Shown one piece after another: positions 57,410-64,000 of a stretch of 64,000 nucleotides of DNA. The stretch's first letter is position 1, and the number at the start of each line of letters is the position of its first letter. A program made the translations under genes and the position numbers. Origin of the DNA: Octopus vulgaris (Eukaryota); contig OX597817.1 of the NCBI GenBank assembly GCA_951406725.2, forward strand, positions 157,542,001-157,606,000, in the 5' to 3' direction. Under the pieces are notes generated by a model. That model worked only from the letters and a program-made list of their open reading frames with translations, ran no database searches and was not told where the DNA came from.

Positions 57410-57615
57410 CATATACATATATATGACGGGCTTCTTTCAGTTTCCGTCTACCAAATCCACTCACAAGGCTTTGGTCGGCCCGAGGCTATAGTAGAAGACA
57501 CTTGCGCAAGGTGCCATGCAGTGGGACTAAACCCGGAAACATAAACCAAAAACTCTAGCAACAAAATCTTTTATAGACTCCCAAGGTTTATGTGAACCCT
57601 GGTTGAGAACCACTG
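56744..57615. mobile_element. hAT (Charlie-like) non-autonomous element containing a nested SINE
   Basis: Ends CAGTGGCTCTCAA / TTGAGAACCACTG; 8-bp flanks GTTTGAAG and GTGTAAAG (6/8 identical). Confidence 0.6.
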
Positions 57616-58356
57616 GTGTAAAGCCATATACAGAGATGTCTATCAATGATCTCATCAATTGAGGAAGCTTTTATAAGAGATTTATTAGAAACCCAATGCA
57701 TCAATGTCTTCTGAAAGCAGCAACAATAGAAATGGCAAAAGAGAACAGAAAATAAAAATAAATAGAAGACTAAAGAATTAACTTCAAGTAAAAATGTCCC
57801 CAGTTAGATATACTGGATATAATATATTCGATAGGAAGTTTATAGGAAAGTGTGAGTGAAGGGCAAAATACATAATGGTTATGTGTAAAGTGTTAGGTTG
57901 TATAGTTATTAGACAAAAGCTTTGAATATGAAGGGTGTTTTGGGGATGGAAAGGAAGAAGGTGAGCATGTTCTACTCAATGTGTAATTAACAACAAACAT
58001 GAACAATGAAGCATGGATATGATGAGAGAAAAACTGAGCGATAGAAGAATCAGTCACAGTATGCTGGTATGAAGTTGTGATATGCAGAAGAAATTGTGCT
58101 GATGTAAGGACATAATGTATATGAAGAATAAGAGTAAGTTAGAAATGTGTTGAAAACAATGCAAAGGATGGGAGCCTGTTGAAGAGAAAGACTGCAAAAG
58201 ACTCGAGGGGGAATTGGTGAGGTCTGATCTCAGATTACTGGACTTTGTTAAACAGTTATCTAAGGACTACACGTGATGAGATGCTGTGTTGGAACACATC
58301 TATCTAACTCAATCCAGTATGGGAAAGTGGACATAGGCTATTGCTACTGTTGTTGT

Positions 58357-58399
<43 letters not shown>

Positions 58400-59527
58400 G
58401 AAAATGATGGTGATGAAGATAAAGTATTCAGCTGAGCAAAACAATCCATTTTTGTCAGCATAGAAAATTGAGTATTAAATCATGGTCACTAATTATATTG
58501 ATGATGATGATGATGATGATGATAAAAATACATAAGTTTCATTTGCTGTAAGGGTGACCGTTTTCCTTTTTTCACCCATAGATATATTATTGTGTTAGTT
58601 ATGGTATCTATAGCAACATGTGATACTCAGCAGATCTAAAAGATAGGTAGCAGCCTTACTTACATAGTGACTGGCAGGAAACTGCATTTGAAATAAAACT
58701 GAATTTTGACTGTCAAAGAACTGATATAAAGACAATCTGCTTCACTGCATCAACTCTTACTTCTACCACTACAGCTAACTAGATTCCTCCTCCACTTCCA
58801 CTACGTCATCACGACAAATGGCAAACAATGCAACCATTAACAATTCTAACATCGTCATCACAACAATCATAAATACCAACAACCATAAAAAAAAAAACCA
58901 AAAAAAAAAAAACCTCTTACAGTCATCAACACAGCCACCACTTTATTTGAAGTCAACGTTATCTTTCGTTAATCCTTCATAAGTTAACTGGATGTGCATT
59001 GGTGAATTTATCGCTACTGAATTGCAACATATTAACATGTGCATCAGAATATATGAAACTGAATGAACAAACAAATTACTTCCTTCGTTTTGAATTTTTC
59101 AAGATGAATATTCTTTTTAATTGCAATTAGAAAAGGGAGTGTTACACAAATAACAAACACATAGACACACTCTACACAGGTAATTGAGAGTGTTAACACA
59201 CTCCATATACAATATCTTCTTCATATTTTAACACATGCACTCACACACATAGAACCCTGCTTTCACTTTACATATTACTTTACAAGACTCTAATTACAGC
59301 TATCATCTTAGCGAATAAAGATACATTGAATAACGAGATTTTGGGTGCATTGTTCTGGCTTTATATTCTGAGTTCAAATGCTGCTGAGGTCAACTTTTCC
59401 TTTCATCCTTTTAGGGTCAATACAATGAATACCAATTGAGCACTAGGTTCAATGTAATTGATTAATCCGTCTCACCAAAAATTCAGGTCTTGTGATTATT
59501 ATCATTATTATTATTATTATTATTATT

Positions 59528-60066
59528 GAGTGAGAGAGCAGTGCATGCCATCAAAGTGATACTGGGGTAAAATATACGAAGCCCAGTATACCCATCATGA
59601 CTACCCATCTAAGCACATGCATCACAACGATACGTGCGCGGCATGGTGATCTCATATCAAGATAAACAGCGCATGACCTTGGAGGTGGGGCCCAGTTAGA
59701 ATTTTCTTCTGGTCGAGTAACCCATCCCGCTCAAAAGGTCCCTGAATAAAGATTGTTTAAGGATATTGAATGAACCACCCATGTTTCCAAGGGTGAATTA
59801 TCCAAACCTCTAAGAATCCCTCTCAACACATGGCTATGATGCACCCCCACTACTTCTGCTCGTGATCAGAGATGCACATATCGTCAGCCACCAAGGGACA
59901 TGCTCAACTGGTTAAAGTCAAACAACTGACAAGCAAATCTGTGGTATTGAGCAGAATATTTGCTGTAGCCCATCTTTTATACCAAGACAAAACAATGTGC
60001 ATGATAACACTTCCAATCAGTTAAGATCAGAAGCCACGAGAGCCACCGCCTGGTACTGCATCGGGG

Positions 60067-60070
<4 letters not shown>
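59528..60070. mobile_element. Second copy of the (ATT)n-targeting element
   Basis: Collinear with 30270-30825 apart from a small deletion. Confidence 0.8.
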
Positions 60071-60120
<50 letters not shown>

Positions 60121-60499
60121 CATTATTGTTGTTGTTGTTGTTGCTATTATTTAGCTCCTTCCCGAGTCATAAAAACTCATAAGGCAGGTTTTTGTGGCAT
60201 ACATATTCCCTGCTGGATGGGATGCTGTCTTATGACCATGAGTGCAACACCCTAACTACTAAGCTATGTGCCTCCATGCTGTTACCATTTGGCTAAACTG
60301 AATAATGAAAATTGCAGTATTGAATTGCAGCCCTTTTGCATTCTGAGGTTAGCAAAGATAACCTCACACTGTAAAAGGATGTAATATATGATAACATAAA
60401 TTATCATAAATAATTAGTCAAAAACTGGGGGAGTCATTTAAATGACTGCACCTTCCATTCATTTCCAGATGTTAAGGGTATTGTACATATATTACAAAT

Positions 60500-60900
60500 C
60501 ATCATCATCATTATTATTATTATTACTATCATTATTATTATTATTACTATTATTATTATTATTATTATTATCATTATTATTATTATTACTATTATTATTA
60601 TCATTATTATTATTATTACTATTATTATTATTATTACTATTATTATTATTATTACTATTATAATTACTATTATTATTACTATTACTATTATTATTACTAT
60701 TACTATTATAATTACTATTATTATTACTATTACTATTATTATTACTATTATTATTATTATTACTATTATTATTATTATTACTATTATTATTAGTAGTATT
60801 ATTATTATCATTATTATTATTATTATTATTATTATTAGGAGTAGTAGTAGTAGTAGCAGTAGTAGTCGCAGCAGCAGCAGTAGTAGCAGCAGTAGTAGTA
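60500..60900. repeat. Compound trinucleotide microsatellite (ATT/ACT, then AGT/AGC)
   Basis: Direct reading; explains the poly-I and poly-L ORFs. Confidence 0.95.
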
Positions 60901-63900
60901 AGAAAAGATCCAATGAGCCTGTCATTATATAAGTTGAACTAGATGTTTTGTTTGCTGAATAACATTTCAACAGCATTCAAACAAAATGAATACATAAAAG
61001 AAAAACAAAACAAACCAAAAAAAATATCTGAATATGCAAACAGTCTTAGCACAGACAAAAGTAGTCCTTTGGATAACAAGAAACCAAAGAAATAATGTAA
61101 TAATGAAAGAGGGTGTGCTGTTTGGAGAGGAGACTATAAATGGTACTATGTTTGATTGGTAATATTACAATGTAGTCTTTCATTTAACGACAGAAAATAG
61201 TATTACAGCCACAACAAACTCTTAATTGTTTCTGTCTCTTTCATTGCTGCAATAGAAATGAACCATTAAAGCCCAGTGCTATTACTAAAGGACACACTGT
61301 CCACAAGGCGACTCTTTACATGACAAGAGGTTTACTAAAAATGTCATTGTTTAGCCCTAGTCCTGCACTGAGCCTGTTGACCTACGATTGAAAGAGTTCA
61401 AACCATGATCAGCCATTCATCATCATCATCGTTTAACGTCCGCTTTCCATGCTAGCATGGGTTGGACGATTTTGACTGAGGGCTGGCAAACCAGATGGCT
61501 GCACCAGGCTCCAATCTGATCTCGCAGAGTTTCTACAGCTGGATGCCTTTCCTAACGCCAACCACTCCGAGAGTGTAGTGGGTGCTTTTTACATGCCACC
61601 GGCATGGGGGCCAGTCAGGTGTTACTGGCAACGACCTCGCTCAAATCTTTTTACACCAGCACGGGGGCCAGTCATGCGGTACTGGCAACAACCTCGCTCA
61701 AATCTTTTTACACAAGCACAGGGGCCAGTCAGGCGGTACTGGCAACGACCTCGCTCAAATCTTTTTACACCAGCACAGGGTCCAGTCAGGCGGTACTGGC
61801 AACGACCTCGCTCGAATCTTTTTACACATGTCACCGGCACAGTAAAGCGTAAAACAATGTTTGATTTTTAAAAAAAAATTCTTTAAAATTATTTACCTTT
61901 TACTTATTGAAGACATTGAGCTGGTGCCATACTGGGGCACCACTTTGAAAGGTCCAACTGAACAAACTAACCCCAATACTTATTTTTTTAAAAAATCTGG
62001 TACTATTTTATCGGCTCCTTTTGCTAAGTTATGGGGACAGAAACAAACACAAAGACACACACACATGACAGACTTCCACATAGTTTCCCTACGCCAAATT
62101 CATTCATAAAACATTGATTGAGCTGGAGCTGTAGTAGAGGATACTTGCCCAGAGTGTCATGCAGTGGGATCGAACCTGTAACCACATGGTTGCAAAACGA
62201 GCTTCTTTACCCCACAATATTTACTTTTTCTTTAACAATTTTAAAATCCTGTTTAAATATAGCCAAACAACAACAGTAATTTATTGTATATTTTATACTA
62301 TTTGAAGTTAATTTTTACTATATTTTTACTGGCTTCTGTGCCGGTGGCACATAAAAAGCACCATCCGAACGTGGCCGATGCCAGCGCCACTCCGACTGGC
62401 TTCTGTGCCGGTGGCACATAAAAAGCACCTTCCGTGTCACTGGCACGTTAAAAGCTCCAACCGATCGTGGCCGATGCCGGACCCCCTCCCCTGGCACTTG
62501 TGCAGGTGGTACGTAAAAAGCACCCACTACACTCGCGGAGTGGTTGGCGTTAGGAAGGGCATCCAGCCGTAGAAACATTGCCAGATCAGACTGGAGCCTG
62601 GAGCAGCCCCTGGCTTCCTAGACCCCGGTCGAACCGTCCAACCCGTGCTAGCGCGGAAAACGGACGTTAAATGATGATGATGATAAATGACGATGATGAT
62701 ATTCTACATTACTTCTTATTTTCTTTAGACAAGAAAAGAGCTTAAGTTAAGAACATTATCTTTTCGTCTGTCAGACATTAAATGCTTTGATTTTCTTTGC
62801 AAAAATTCTCTGCTTTCATGAAACTGTCTTTATTCTCTTTCAGTTATCATTACCAAACAGTTGCAGACTTCAACATATGTTTTAGTACCAACTTCTAGCA
62901 GAGCCAAATGAAATAAAATATAATTATATTAATTAACTAAATTGCTGAGACAGTGTGTTTGTAGATAAGCTGTAATGAAATTCACACGCAAGCCATGGCT
63001 ATGTGATTAAGAAGCTTGCTAAGGCTTTGCAACAATATGGCTTTCAGTTCAGCACAGCACCTTGGGCAAGCGTCTTCTATGAGAGCTCAAGGCCAACAAA
63101 TACCTTGCGAGTGAATTTGGTAGAAAGAAACTATGTAGAAGCCTGTCGTACATATACAGATTATTTATATGATGTGTGTGTGTGTATTTGTGTCTGTCTC
63201 ATGTGGCCATGCTGGAGCACCACATGTAGTCAAGCAAATCGGCCCCAGGACTTATTCTTTGTAAGCCTAGTACTTATTCTATTGGTCTCTTTTGCCGAAC
63301 AGCTAAATTATGGGAACATAAACACACCAGCATCGGTTGTCAAGCGATGTTGGGTGGACAAACACAGACACACAAACATATACACACACACACACACACA
63401 TATATACGATGGGCTTCTTTCAGTTTCTGTCTACCAAATCCACTTACAAGGCTTTGGTTGGGCCAAGGCTATAGTAGAAGACATATGCCCAAGGTGCCAC
63501 GCAGTGGGAATGAACCCGGAACTATGTGGTTGGTAAGCAAGCTACTTACCACACAGCCACTCCTGTGCCTTGTTAGCAAAAAGATTTTAATATTTGCTTT
63601 CAAATTGATGATGCACAGAATATACATTTTTTTTTTGCTTACTCATTGCAAAGATCTTAAAATTTATAGTCATAGGTAATCATATATAACAATATTTCAA
63701 TTTATTTAGAAAACATCAGCATGACACAAACCCAAGGCAAATAATCTCATGAAAGAAGATATAATTCTTCTTTTATTTTCATCTCTTCTACTTTTAACCT
63801 GGGATGTGAATCTATTCAGTTTTACTATGTGAATGTAATTTTGTTAATGTTGTACAAAATTAACAATTATCTTTATTATTTATTTATCTAACTGTGGTTG

Positions 63901-64000
63901 AACAAGCTATGAACAAAACAAAAAAACAAGAGAAGACTTATTTGATGGCACATTCGTTATTTCAATCAAAACTTAGTGAACTTCACTGAAACCTAAAAAC

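Overview
AT-rich eukaryotic genomic DNA made mostly of SINEs, DNA-transposon and Helitron remnants, and TA/TG/ATT/GAT microsatellites. The SINE families resemble those I recall from octopus (coleoid cephalopod) genomes; this is inference, not a database result. Nearly all ORFs in the supplied track are repeat artefacts. One real gene is supported: a minus-strand cAMP-dependent protein kinase inhibitor (PKI family). It has two coding exons (33114-33267 and 16696-16799) joined by a 16.3-kb GT-AG intron, giving 85 aa with the pseudosubstrate FIASGRTGRRNAL, and probably a long 3' UTR. The most striking non-coding signal is a set of short, often head-to-head fold-back elements carrying type I hammerhead-ribozyme folds. 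I count five unrelated sequence families and ten motif copies, with canonical CUGAUGA, U3-A8 covariant and A6U cores. They fit non-autonomous Penelope-like retroelements. In two copies the inverted arm begins at about the predicted self-cleavage site. Exon and ribozyme coordinates were counted by hand; repeat boundaries are approximate.
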